Position numbers and translations under genes: made by a program. A stretch of 24,703 bases of DNA, from the UHGV virus genome UHGV-0099692; one strand, 5' to 3'. The stretch comes from a virus. Shown here one piece after another: positions 16,640 through 24,703 of this stretch (positions are counted from its first letter, which is position 1; the number at the start of each line of letters is the position of its first letter). The notes under the pieces were generated by a model, which was not told the DNA's origin, searched no databases, and saw nothing but the letters and a program-made list of their open reading frames with translations.

Positions 16640-17079
16640 ACTTTGCCCTCAGACTGGCGCGTGAGATGGGGAGACCCGACTGGCGCGCCATGCTTGCCGG
16701 GATGACATCCACCGAATATGCCGACTGGCACCGTTTTTACCGCACGCATTATTTTCAGGATACCCAGCTGGATATGCATTTTTCCGGGCTGACGTACGCT
16801 GTACTCAGCCTGTTTTTTTGCGATCCGGATATGCATCCCTCTGATTTCAGTCTGCTTGTCCCCCGGCATGAGGAAGAGCAGGTGGAGAGGCCGGATGAGG
16901 ACAAAATGCTGATGCAGAAAGCGGCAGGACTTGCCGGAGGCGTCCGGTTCGGTGGGGACGGAGGGCGCGATATTTTATCGTCTGCGGATGTGGCGGATGT
17001 CATGGTGGATGATGCCGCATTAATGATGGCTTCAGCGGGGATTCCGGGAGGTGTGAGATATGTCCCAGCCGGTTGGTGA
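16208..17079 (+). CDS. GT: Tail assembly chaperone fusion G-T, made by -1 frameshift at 16615-16621
   Basis: The -1 frame downstream of the slippery site gives ...RLAREMGRPDWRAMLAGMTSTEYADWHRFY...DMHFSGLTY...LMQKAAGLAGGVRFG..., closely matching remembered lambda gpT; this frame has no independent plausible start. Confidence 0.8.
16615..16621 (+). other. Programmed -1 ribosomal frameshift slippery heptamer G GGA AAG (G to G-T)
   Basis: GGGAAAG at 16615-16621 with GGA AAG in the G zero frame (verified by codon counting from 16208); the -1 frame continues open to 17079 and encodes a lambda T-like sequence. Confidence 0.8.
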
Positions 17080-19633
17080 TCTTGTTATTGACCTGAGTCT
17101 GGATGCTGTCCGTTTCGATGAGCAGATGAGCCGGGTAAGGCGTCATTTTTCAGGTCTGGATACCGACGCCAGAAAAACCGCCAGTGCTGTTGAACAGGGC
17201 CTGAGCCGCCAGGCGCTGGCTGCACAAAAAGCCGGGATTTCCGTCGGGCAGTATAAAGCGGCCATGCGAACCCTGCCCGCACAGTTTACGGATATCGCCA
17301 CGCAGCTTGCAGGTGGTCAGAATCCCTGGCTGATCCTGCTGCAACAGGGCGGTCAGGTGAAGGACTCCTTCGGCGGGATGATCCCCATGTTCAGGGGGCT
17401 CGCCGGTGCGATCACCCTGCCGATGGTCGGGGTCACCTCGCTGGCGGTGGCGACAGGTGCGCTGGTGTACGCCTGGTACCAGGGAGATTCCACGCTTTCA
17501 GCGTTTAATAAAACCCTGGTTCTTTCCGGTAATCAGTCCGGACTGACTGCCGATCGTATGCTGACTCTCTCAAGAGCCGGGCAGGCAGCAGGGCTGACGT
17601 TTAACCAGGCGAGAGAGTCACTGGCAGCCCTGGTGAATGCCGGTGTGCGTGGTGGTGAACAGTTTGATGCCATCAACCAGAGTGTCGCGCGTTTTGCGTC
17701 TGCATCCGGTGTGGAGGTGGATAAAGTCGCTGAAGCCTTCGGGAAGCTGACCACTGACCCGACATCGGGACTGATGGCGATGGCGCGCCAGTTCCGTAAC
17801 GTGACGGCAGAGCAGATTGCGTATGTTGCACAGCTGCAGCGTTCCGGAGACGAGGCCGGGGCATTGCAGGCGGCGAACGATATCGCCACGAAAGGCTTTG
17901 ATGAGCAGACCCGTCGCCTGAAAGAAAACATGGGAACACTGGAGACCTGGGCGGATAAAACAGGGAAGGCATTCAAATCGATGTGGGATGCCATTCTGGA
18001 TATCGGTCGTCCGGAATCCTCAGCGGATATGCTCGCCAGTGCACAGAAGGCATTTGATGAGGCGGATAAAAAATGGCAGTGGTACCAGAGTCGGAGCCAG
18101 CGCCGCGGTAAAATCTCCTCTTTCCGGGCCAACCTTCAGGGCGCATGGGATGACCGGGAAAATGCCCGTCTGGGTCTGGCAGCGGCCACGCTGCAGTCGG
18201 ATATGGAAAAAGCCGGTGAACTGGCGGCAAGGGACCGGGCTGAGCGTGAGGCGTCACAGCTGAAGTATACCGGAGAGGCGCAGAAGGCGTATGAGCGCCT
18301 GCTGACGCCACTGGAGAAATATACCGCCCGGCAGGAAGAGCTGAATAAGGCCCTGAAAGACGGGAAAATCCTGCAGGCGGATTACAACACGCTGATGGCG
18401 TCGGCAAAAAAGGATTATGAATCGACGCTGAAAAAGCCGTCAGGTGTGAAGGTGTCTGCCGGTGAGCGCCAGGAAGACCGGGCGCATGCAGCCATGCTGG
18501 CGCTTGAAACCGAGCTCAGGACGCTGGAAAAACACAGCGGTGTGAATGAGAAAATCAGCCAGCAGCGCCGGGATTTATGGGAAGCGGAAAATCAGTATGT
18601 GGTCCTGAAAGAGGCCGCCACGAAACGGCAGTTATCTGAGCAGGAAAAATCCCTGCTGGCTCATGAGAAAGAGACGCTGGAGTACAAACGCCAGCTGGCT
18701 GAGCTGGGAGACAAGATTGAACACCAGAAGCGGCTGAATGAGCTGGCACAGCAGGCGGCGCGGTTTGAACAGCAGCAGAGCGCGAAGCAGGCGGCAATCA
18801 GCGCAAAAGCCCGCGGCCTCACCGACCGTCAGGCGCAGCGGGAGTCGGAAGAGCAGCGCCTTCGTGAGGTGTACGGTGATAATCCGGCTGCGCTGGCGAA
18901 GGCCACATCTGCACTGAAGAACACCTGGTCTGCGGAGGAGCAGCTTCGTGGAAGCTGGATGGCCGGGATGAAGTCCGGCTGGGGCGAGTGGGCGGAAAGT
19001 GCGACGGACAGTTTTTCGCAGGTTAAAAGTGTGGCCACGCAGACCTTTGACGGTATTGCACAGAATATGGCGGCGATGCTGACCGGCAGCGAACAGAACT
19101 GGCGCAGCTTCACCCGTTCCGTGCTGTCCATGATGACAGAAATTCTGCTTAAGCAGGCAATGGTGGGGATTGTCGGGAGTATCGGCAGCGCCATTGGCGG
19201 GGCTGTTGGTGGCGGCGCATCCGCGTCAGGCGGTACAGCCATTCAGGCCGCTGCGGCGAAATTCCATTTTGCAACCGGAGGATTTACGGGAACCGGCGGC
19301 AAATATGAGCCAGCGGGGATTGTTCACCGTGGTGAATTTGTCTTCACGAAGGAGGCAACCAGCCGGATTGGCGTGGGAAATCTCTACCGGCTGATGCGCG
19401 GCTATGCCACCGGCGGTTATGTCGGTGGCACCGGAAGTCCGGCGCAAATGCGGCGGGCCGAAGGCATTAATTTTAATCAGAACAATCACGTGGTGATTCA
19501 GAACGACGGTACGAATGGTCTGCCAGGTCCACAGATGATGAAGGCGGTGTATGACATGGCCCGCAAGGGTGCCCGTGATGAAATCCAGGCACAGATGCGC
19601 GATGGTGGTCTGTTCTCCGGAGGTGGACGATGA
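17060..19633 (+). CDS. H: Tail tape measure protein gpH homologue (857 aa)
   Basis: MSQPVGDLVIDLSLDAVRFDEQMSRVRRHFSG... plus long colinear match to remembered lambda H, including the Gly-rich C-terminal region (GIVGSIGSAIGGAVGGGASASGG...GGFTGTGGKYEPAGIVHRGEFVFTKEA). Confidence 0.95.
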   Translation: MSQPVGDLVIDLSLDAVRFDEQMSRVRRHFSGLDTDARKTASAVEQGLSRQALAAQKAGISVGQYKAAMRTLPAQFTDIATQLAGGQNPWLILLQQGGQVKDSFGGMIPMFRGLAGAITLPMVGVTSLAVATGALVYAWYQGDSTLSAFNKTLVLSGNQSGLTADRMLTLSRAGQAAGLTFNQARESLAALVNAGVRGGEQFDAINQSVARFASASGVEVDKVAEAFGKLTTDPTSGLMAMARQFRNVTAEQIAYVAQLQRSGDEAGALQAANDIATKGFDEQTRRLKENMGTLETWADKTGKAFKSMWDAILDIGRPESSADMLASAQKAFDEADKKWQWYQSRSQRRGKISSFRANLQGAWDDRENARLGLAAATLQSDMEKAGELAARDRAEREASQLKYTGEAQKAYERLLTPLEKYTARQEELNKALKDGKILQADYNTLMASAKKDYESTLKKPSGVKVSAGERQEDRAHAAMLALETELRTLEKHSGVNEKISQQRRDLWEAENQYVVLKEAATKRQLSEQEKSLLAHEKETLEYKRQLAELGDKIEHQKRLNELAQQAARFEQQQSAKQAAISAKARGLTDRQAQRESEEQRLREVYGDNPAALAKATSALKNTWSAEEQLRGSWMAGMKSGWGEWAESATDSFSQVKSVATQTFDGIAQNMAAMLTGSEQNWRSFTRSVLSMMTEILLKQAMVGIVGSIGSAIGGAVGGGASASGGTAIQAAAAKFHFATGGFTGTGGKYEPAGIVHRGEFVFTKEATSRIGVGNLYRLMRGYATGGYVGGTGSPAQMRRAEGINFNQNNHVVIQNDGTNGLPGPQMMKAVYDMARKGARDEIQAQMRDGGLFSGGGR

Positions 19634-19959
19634 AAACCTTCCGCTGGAAAGTGAAACCCGGTATGGATGTGGCTTCGGCCCCTTCCGTAAGAAAGGTGCG
19701 CTTTGGTGATGGCTATTCCCAGCGAGCTCCTGCCGGGCTGAATGCCGACCTGAAAACGTACAGCGTGACGCTTTCTGTTCCCCGTTGGGAGGCCACGGCG
19801 CTTGAGTCGTTTCTGGCTGAGCACGGGGGCTGGAAATCCTTTCTGTGGACGCCGCCTTATGAGTGGCGGCAGATAAAGGTGACCTGCGCAAAATGGTCGT
19901 CGCGGGTCAGTATGCTGCGTGTTGAGTTCAGCGCAGAGTTTGAACAGGTGGTGAACTGA
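19630..19959 (+). CDS. M: Tail tip protein gpM homologue (109 aa)
   Basis: MKTFRWKVKPGMDVAS.PSVRKVRFGDGYSQRAPAGLNA.LKTYSVTLSVP... essentially identical to remembered lambda M; ATGA overlap with the H stop. Confidence 0.95.
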   Translation: MKTFRWKVKPGMDVASAPSVRKVRFGDGYSQRAPAGLNADLKTYSVTLSVPRWEATALESFLAEHGGWKSFLWTPPYEWRQIKVTCAKWSSRVSMLRVEFSAEFEQVVN

Positions 19960-20657
19960 TGCAGGATATCCGGCAGGAAACACTGAATGAATGCACCCGT
20001 GCGGAGCAGTCGGCCAGCGTGGTGCTCTGGGAAATCGACCTGACAGAGGTCGGTGGAGAACGTTATTTTTTCTGTAATGAGCAGAACGAAAAAGGTGAGC
20101 CGGTCACCTGGCAGGGGCGACAGTATCAGCCGTATCCCATTCAGGGGAGCGGTTTTGAACTGAATGGCAAAGGCACCAGTACGCGCCCCACGCTGACGGT
20201 TTCTAACCTGTACGGTATGGTCACCGGGATGGCGGAAGATATGCAGAGTCTGGTCGGCGGAACGGTGGTCCGGCGTAAGGTTTACGCCCGTTTTCTGGAT
20301 GCGGTGAACTTCGTCAACGGAAACAGTTACGCCGATCCGGAGCAGGAGGTGATCAGCCGCTGGCGCATTGAGCAGTGCAGCGAACTGAGCGCGGTGAGTG
20401 CCTCCTTTGTACTGTCCACGCCGACGGAAACGGATGGCGCTGTTTTTCCGGGACGTATCATGCTGGCCAACACCTGCACCTGGACCTATCTCGGTGACGA
20501 GTGCGGTTATAGCGGTCCGGCTGTCGCGGATGAATATGACCAGCCAACGTCCGATATCACGAAGGATAAATGCAGCAAATGCCTGAGCGGTTGTAAGTTC
20601 CGCAATAACGTCGGCAACTTTGGCGGCTTCCTTTCCATTAACAAACTTTCGCAGTAA
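19959..20657 (+). CDS. L: Tail tip protein gpL homologue (232 aa)
   Basis: Position and size as lambda L; Cys cluster near the C-terminus (CTWTYLGDECGY, CSKCLSGC); start overlaps the M stop. Confidence 0.92.
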   Translation: MQDIRQETLNECTRAEQSASVVLWEIDLTEVGGERYFFCNEQNEKGEPVTWQGRQYQPYPIQGSGFELNGKGTSTRPTLTVSNLYGMVTGMAEDMQSLVGGTVVRRKVYARFLDAVNFVNGNSYADPEQEVISRWRIEQCSELSAVSASFVLSTPTETDGAVFPGRIMLANTCTWTYLGDECGYSGPAVADEYDQPTSDITKDKCSKCLSGCKFRNNVGNFGGFLSINKLSQ

Positions 20658-20662
20658 ATCCC

Positions 20663-21406
20663 ATGACACAGACAGAATCAGCGATTCTGGCGCACGCCCG
20701 GCGATGTGCGCCAGCGGAGTCGTGCGGCTTCGTGGTAAGCACGCCGGAGGGGGAAAGATATTTTCCCTGCGTGAATATCTCCGGTGAGCCGGAGGCGTAT
20801 TTCCGTATGTCGCCGGAAGACTGGCTGCAGGCAGAAATGCAGGGTGAGATTGTGGCGCTGGTCCACAGCCACCCCGGTGGTCTGCCCTGGCTGAGTGAGG
20901 CCGACCGGCGGCTGCAGGTGCAGAGTGATTTGCCGTGGTGGCTGGTCTGCCGGGGGACGATTCATAAGTTCCGCTGTGTGCCGCATCTCACCGGGCGGCG
21001 CTTTGAGCACGGGGTGACGGACTGTTACACGCTGTTCCGGGATGCTTATCATCTGGCGGGGATTGAGATGCCGGATTTTCATCGCGGGGATGACTGGTGG
21101 CGTCACGGTCAGAATCTCTATCTGGATAATCTGGAGGCCACAGGGCTGTATCAGGTGCCGTTGTCATCAGCACAACCGGGCGATGTGCTGCTGTGCTGCT
21201 TTGGTTCATCGGTGCCGAATCATGCCGCCATTTACTGTGGTGACGGCGAGCTGCTGCACCATATTCCTGAACAACTGAGCAAACGAGAGAGGTACACCGA
21301 CAAATGGCAGCGACGCACACACTCCCTCTGGCGTCACCGGGCATGGCGCGCATCTGCCTTTACGGGGATTTACAACGATTTGGTCGCCGCATCGACCTTC
21401 GTGTGA
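20663..21406 (+). CDS. K: Tail tip assembly protein gpK homologue with JAMM/MPN and NlpC/P60 motifs (247 aa from the first ATG)
   Basis: JAMM signature seen directly (upstream Glu in PAESCG, then HSHPGGLPWLSEAD = HxHx7Sx2D) and an NlpC/P60-like Cys/His (VTDCYTLF, NHAAIY). An internal Met at 20807 would give the shorter 199-aa product I recall for lambda K. Confidence 0.85.
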   Translation: MTQTESAILAHARRCAPAESCGFVVSTPEGERYFPCVNISGEPEAYFRMSPEDWLQAEMQGEIVALVHSHPGGLPWLSEADRRLQVQSDLPWWLVCRGTIHKFRCVPHLTGRRFEHGVTDCYTLFRDAYHLAGIEMPDFHRGDDWWRHGQNLYLDNLEATGLYQVPLSSAQPGDVLLCCFGSSVPNHAAIYCGDGELLHHIPEQLSKRERYTDKWQRRTHSLWRHRAWRASAFTGIYNDLVAASTFV

Positions 21407-21945
21407 AAACGGGGGCCGAAGCCATCCGGGCGCTGGCCACACAGCTCCCGGCGTTTCGCCAGAAACTGAATGAGGGCTGGTATCAGGTGCGCATTGCCGG
21501 GCGTGATGCAGGCGAAAACGAATTATCTGCCCGTCTTAATGAGCCGCTGGCAAATGGTGCCGTGATCCACATCGTACCGCGTCTGGCGGGTGCCAAAAGT
21601 GGTGGTGTTTTTCAGGCAGTGCTGGGTGCGGCGCTGATTGCTACGGCAATCTGGATGCCAGGAATCAGTATCGCTTTCAGTAACATTCTCTTTTCTATGG
21701 GGGCAGCGATGACGCTTGGTGGTGTCGCACAGATGCTGGCCCCTAAACCCAAAACTCCACGTACACAGACAACGGATAACGGCAAACAGAACACCTATTT
21801 CTCCTCACTGGATAACATGGTTGCCCAGGGCAATGTCCTGCCTGTTCTGTACGGTGAAATGCGCGTGGGGTCACGTGTGGCATCTCAGGAGATCAGCACG
21901 GCAGATGAAGGGGATGGTGGTCAGGTTGTGGTAATTGGGCGGTAA
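21304..21945 (+). CDS. I: Tail tip assembly protein gpI homologue (213 aa)
   Basis: MAATHTLPLASPGMARICLYGDLQRFGRRIDLRVKTGAEAIRALATQLPAFRQKL... and C-terminal LAPKPKTPRTQTTDNGKQNTYFSSLDNMVAQGNVLPVLYGEMRVGSRV near-identical to remembered lambda I; overlaps the 3' end of K in another frame, as in lambda. Confidence 0.92.
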   Translation: MAATHTLPLASPGMARICLYGDLQRFGRRIDLRVKTGAEAIRALATQLPAFRQKLNEGWYQVRIAGRDAGENELSARLNEPLANGAVIHIVPRLAGAKSGGVFQAVLGAALIATAIWMPGISIAFSNILFSMGAAMTLGGVAQMLAPKPKTPRTQTTDNGKQNTYFSSLDNMVAQGNVLPVLYGEMRVGSRVASQEISTADEGDGGQVVVIGR

Positions 21946-22017
21946 TATTATTTACTCATGTTCTAACTGATTTAATATTTATATCGAACACTGATAATTA
22001 TTCTATTGGTTAGCTAT

Positions 22018-22356
22018 ATGAACAAAACGATTTTATTCTGCACGATTATTGCCTTAACAGGATGTAAATCTTTGGATTACGTAAAATCCGGAAAACCTGT
22101 AATGGAAGGTAATTCATTAAAAAATATTGATGAATTGTCAGGCTGCATATCCAGACAATGGGCTGGTAATGGAACACCTATAACATCCCTTCCTATTGAG
22201 AATGGGGTAAGCCTTTTAGTTCCACAGGCTATGGGGGGATATGATGTTGTGCTTGATATCAAAAAAGCAGGAAATGGCAGTAGTTTTACTCTTTATGAAC
22301 GTGTACCAGCATTAACGCCAAAAATTTTTGCTGATAGTGTTAATGCATGTAAATAA
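22018..22356 (+). CDS. Lipoprotein of unknown function (112 aa) inserted between I and J; candidate lysogenic-conversion or superinfection-exclusion factor
   Basis: ATG at 22018; MNKTILFCTIIALTGC = signal peptide with lipobox LTGC, Lys at +2 after the lipid-modified Cys (not an inner-membrane retention signal); AT-rich in a GC-rich tail operon; followed by its own terminator. The ORF-track start (TTG 22006) is less likely. Confidence 0.7.
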   Translation: MNKTILFCTIIALTGCKSLDYVKSGKPVMEGNSLKNIDELSGCISRQWAGNGTPITSLPIENGVSLLVPQAMGGYDVVLDIKKAGNGSSFTLYERVPALTPKIFADSVNACK

Positions 22357-22380
22357 TAGTTAATCCTGCTGTAACTCATG

Positions 22381-22406
22381 AGCCGCCTTTTGGGCGGCTT
22401 TGTTGT
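22381..22406 (+). terminator. Intrinsic terminator after the lipoprotein gene
   Basis: AGCCGCC-ttttg-GGCGGCT followed by TTGTTGTTTAT; classic GC stem plus T-rich tail, 25 nt after the stop. Confidence 0.5.
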
Positions 22407-22422
22407 TTATGGAGTGTGAGGA

Positions 22423-24703
22423 ATGGGTAAAGGCAGCAGTAAGGGGCATACCCCGCGCGAAGCGAAGGACAACCTGAAATCCACGCAATTACTGAGTGTG
22501 ATCGATGCCATCAGCGAAGGGCCGATTGAAGGTCCGGTGGATGGATTAAAAAGCGTGCTGCTGAACAGTACGCCGGTGCTGGACAGTGAGGGGAATACCA
22601 ATATATCCGGCGTCACGGTGGTGTTCCGGGCCGGTGAGCAGGAGCAGACACCGCCGGAGGGATTTGAATCCTCCGGCTCCGAGACGGTGCTGGGTACGGA
22701 AGTGAAGTACGACACGCCGATTACCCGGACCATCACGTCGGCAAACATCGACCGTCTGCGCTTTACCTTCGGTGTGCAGGCACTGGTGGAAACCACCTCA
22801 AAGGGGGACCGGAATCCGTCGGAAGTCCGCCTGCTGGTTCAGATACAGCGTAATGGTGGCTGGGTGACGGAAAAAGACATCACCATTAAGGGCAAAACCA
22901 CCTCGCAGTATCTGGCCTCGGTGGTGGTGGATAACCTGCCACCGCGCCCGTTTAATATCCGGATGCGCAGAATGACGCCGGACAGCACCACAGACCAGCT
23001 GCAGAACAAAACGCTCTGGTCGTCATACACCGAAATCATCGATGTGAAACAGTGCTACCCGAACACGGCACTGGTCGGCGTACAGGTGGATTCGGAGCAG
23101 TTCGGCAGCCAGCAGGTGAGCCGTAATTATCATCTGCGCGGGCGTATTCTGCAGGTGCCGTCGAACTATAACCCGCAGACTCGGCAATACAGCGGTATCT
23201 GGGACGGAACGTTTAAACCGGCATACAGCAACAACATGGCCTGGTGTCTGTGGGATATGCTGACCCATCCACGCTACGGCATGGGGAAACGTCTTGGTGC
23301 GGCGGATGTGGACAAATGGGCGCTGTATGTCATCGGCCAGTACTGCGACCAGTCAGTGCCGGACGGCTTTGGCGGCACGGAGCCGCGCATCACCTGTAAT
23401 GCGTACCTGACCACACAGCGCAAGGCGTGGGATGTGCTCAGTGATTTCTGCTCGGCGATGCGCTGTATGCCGGTATGGAACGGGCAGACGCTGACGTTCG
23501 TGCAGGACCGACCATCAGATAAGGTGTGGACCTATAACCGCAGTAATGTGGTGATGCCGGATGATGGCGCGCCGTTCCGCTACAGTTTCAGCGCCCTGAA
23601 GGACCGCCATAATGCCGTTGAGGTGAACTGGATTGACCCGAACAACGGCTGGGAGACGGCGACAGAGCTTGTTGAAGATACGCAGGCCATTGCCCGTTAC
23701 GGTCGTAACGTCACGAAGATGGATGCCTTTGGCTGTACCAGCCGGGGGCAGGCGCACCGCGCCGGGCTGTGGCTGATTAAAACGGAACTGCTGGAAACGC
23801 AGACCGTGGACTTCAGCGTGGGTGCGGAAGGGCTTCGCCATGTACCGGGGGATGTCATTGAAATCTGCGATGATGACTATGCGGGTATCAGCATCGGCGG
23901 GCGCGTGCTGGCGGTGAACAGCCAGACCCGGACGCTGACGCTCGACCGTGAAATCACGCTGCCATCCTCCGGTACCACGCTGATAAGCCTGGTTGACGGA
24001 AGTGGCAATCCGGTCAGCGTGGAGGTCCAGTCCGTCACCGACGGCGTGAAGGTAAAAGTGAGCCGTGTTCCTGACGGCGTTGCCGGATACAGCGTGTGGG
24101 GGCTGAAGCTGCCGACGCTGCGCCAGCGCCTGTTCCGCTGCGTGAGTATCCGTGAGAACGATGACGGCACGTATGCCATCACCGCCGTGCAGCATGTACC
24201 GGAAAAAGAAGCCATCGTGGATAACGGGGCGCACTTTGACGGCGACCAGAGCAGCACGGTGAATGGTGTCACGCCGCCAGCGGTGCAGCACCTGACTGCC
24301 GAAGTCACCGCAGACAGCGGGGAGTATCAGGTACTGGCCCGCTGGGACACGCCGAAGGTGGTGAAGGGGGTGAGCTTTATGCTTCGCCTGACCGTGACAG
24401 CGGATGACGGCAGTGAGCGGCTGGTCAGCACGGCCCGGACGACGGAAACCACATACCGCTTCAGGCAACTGGCGCTGGGGCGTTACACGCTGACGGTCCG
24501 GGCGGTAAATGCGTGGGGGCAGCAGGGCGATCCGGCATCGGTATCGTTCCGGATTGCGGCACCGGCAGCGCCTGTCACTATTGAACTGATACCAGGGTAT
24601 TTTCAGATAACAGCGGTCCCGAAACTGGCTGTATATGACCCGACGGTGCAGTTTGAGTTCTGGTTCTCGGAAAAGCGGATTGCGGATATCAGGCAGGTTG
24701 AAA
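22423..24703 (+). CDS. J: Tail tip / central tail fibre protein gpJ homologue, 5' portion only (truncated by the window end)
   Basis: [54 protein letters not shown]... near-identical to the remembered lambda J N-terminus and colinear for about 760 aa; ORF open to the last base of the window. Confidence 0.95.
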   Translation, partial: MGKGSSKGHTPREAKDNLKSTQLLSVIDAISEGPIEGPVDGLKSVLLNSTPVLDSEGNTNISGVTVVFRAGEQEQTPPEGFESSGSETVLGTEVKYDTPITRTITSANIDRLRFTFGVQALVETTSKGDRNPSEVRLLVQIQRNGGWVTEKDITIKGKTTSQYLASVVVDNLPPRPFNIRMRRMTPDSTTDQLQNKTLWSSYTEIIDVKQCYPNTALVGVQVDSEQFGSQQVSRNYHLRGRILQVPSNYNPQTRQYSGIWDGTFKPAYSNNMAWCLWDMLTHPRYGMGKRLGAADVDKWALYVIGQYCDQSVPDGFGGTEPRITCNAYLTTQRKAWDVLSDFCSAMRCMPVWNGQTLTFVQDRPSDKVWTYNRSNVVMPDDGAPFRYSFSALKDRHNAVEVNWIDPNNGWETATELVEDTQAIARYGRNVTKMDAFGCTSRGQAHRAGLWLIKTELLETQTVDFSVGAEGLRHVPGDVIEICDDDYAGISIGGRVLAVNSQTRTLTLDREITLPSSGTTLISLVDGSGNPVSVEVQSVTDGVKVKVSRVPDGVAGYSVWGLKLPTLRQRLFRCVSIRENDDGTYAITAVQHVPEKEAIVDNGAHFDGDQSSTVNGVTPPAVQHLTAEVTADSGEYQVLARWDTPKVVKGVSFMLRLTVTADDGSERLVSTARTTETTYRFRQLALGRYTLTVRAVNAWGQQGDPASVSFRIAAPAAPVTIELIPGYFQITAVPKLAVYDPTVQFEFWFSEKRIADIRQVE

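Noticed and set aside
15535-16869. 444-aa minus-strand ORF across V, G and T
   Set aside because: Antisense to three well-supported + strand lambda-homologous genes; translation is Arg/Cys/His-rich low-complexity sequence typical of a reverse frame of GC-rich coding DNA; no RBS.
19857-20669. 270-aa minus-strand ORF opposite M and L (and similar long antisense ORFs at 7323-8123, 10711-11412, 17533-18132, 17973-18407, 19226-19891, 9594-10100)
   Set aside because: Each lies entirely within a confidently identified + strand structural gene; shadow ORFs in GC-rich coding sequence.
23515-24468. 317-aa minus-strand ORF inside J
   Set aside because: Antisense to a J homologue that is near-identical to lambda; composition typical of a shadow ORF.
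1-24703. Looked for CRISPR arrays, IS/transposon inverted repeats, integrase/att sites, tRNA or rRNA genes
   Set aside because: No regularly spaced direct repeats, no transposase- or integrase-like ORFs and no tRNA-like sequence were seen; the window lies entirely inside the prophage late region, so attachment sites and the integrase are expected outside it.

Overview
This window is a slice of a lambdoid prophage, a mosaic of lambda-like, phage 21-like and DLP12-like modules, read in prophage order. All genes are on the + strand except one porin gene. Identifications come from reading the ORF translations against remembered lambda and E. coli K-12 DLP12 proteins; no database search was run. 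Order: end of the nin region (ninE, ybcO-like DUF1364, rusA, ylcG), a small Q antiterminator, a reverse-oriented intact nmpC/OmpD-family porin gene, a phage 21-type lysis cassette (dual-start pinholin, SAR endolysin, Rz with embedded Rz1), about 1.5 kb with three uncharacterised small ORFs, a lambda-type cos site (cosQ/cosN essentially identical to lambda, cosB divergent), then the lambda-like packaging/head/tail module: Nu1, A, W, B, C (with nested Nu3-like scaffold), D, E, FI, FII, Z, U, V, G and G-T (conserved -1 slippery site), H, M, L, K, I, an AT-rich lipoprotein gene inserted between I and J, and the 5' 2.3 kb of J, truncated by the window end. No tRNA, rRNA, CRISPR array or IS element was seen. 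The most interesting candidates for undescribed function are the lipoprotein between I and J, the AT-rich ORF next to cos, and a triplicated repeat in the C/Nu3 scaffold region. Most minus-strand ORFs in the supplied track are antisense artefacts of GC-rich coding sequence.
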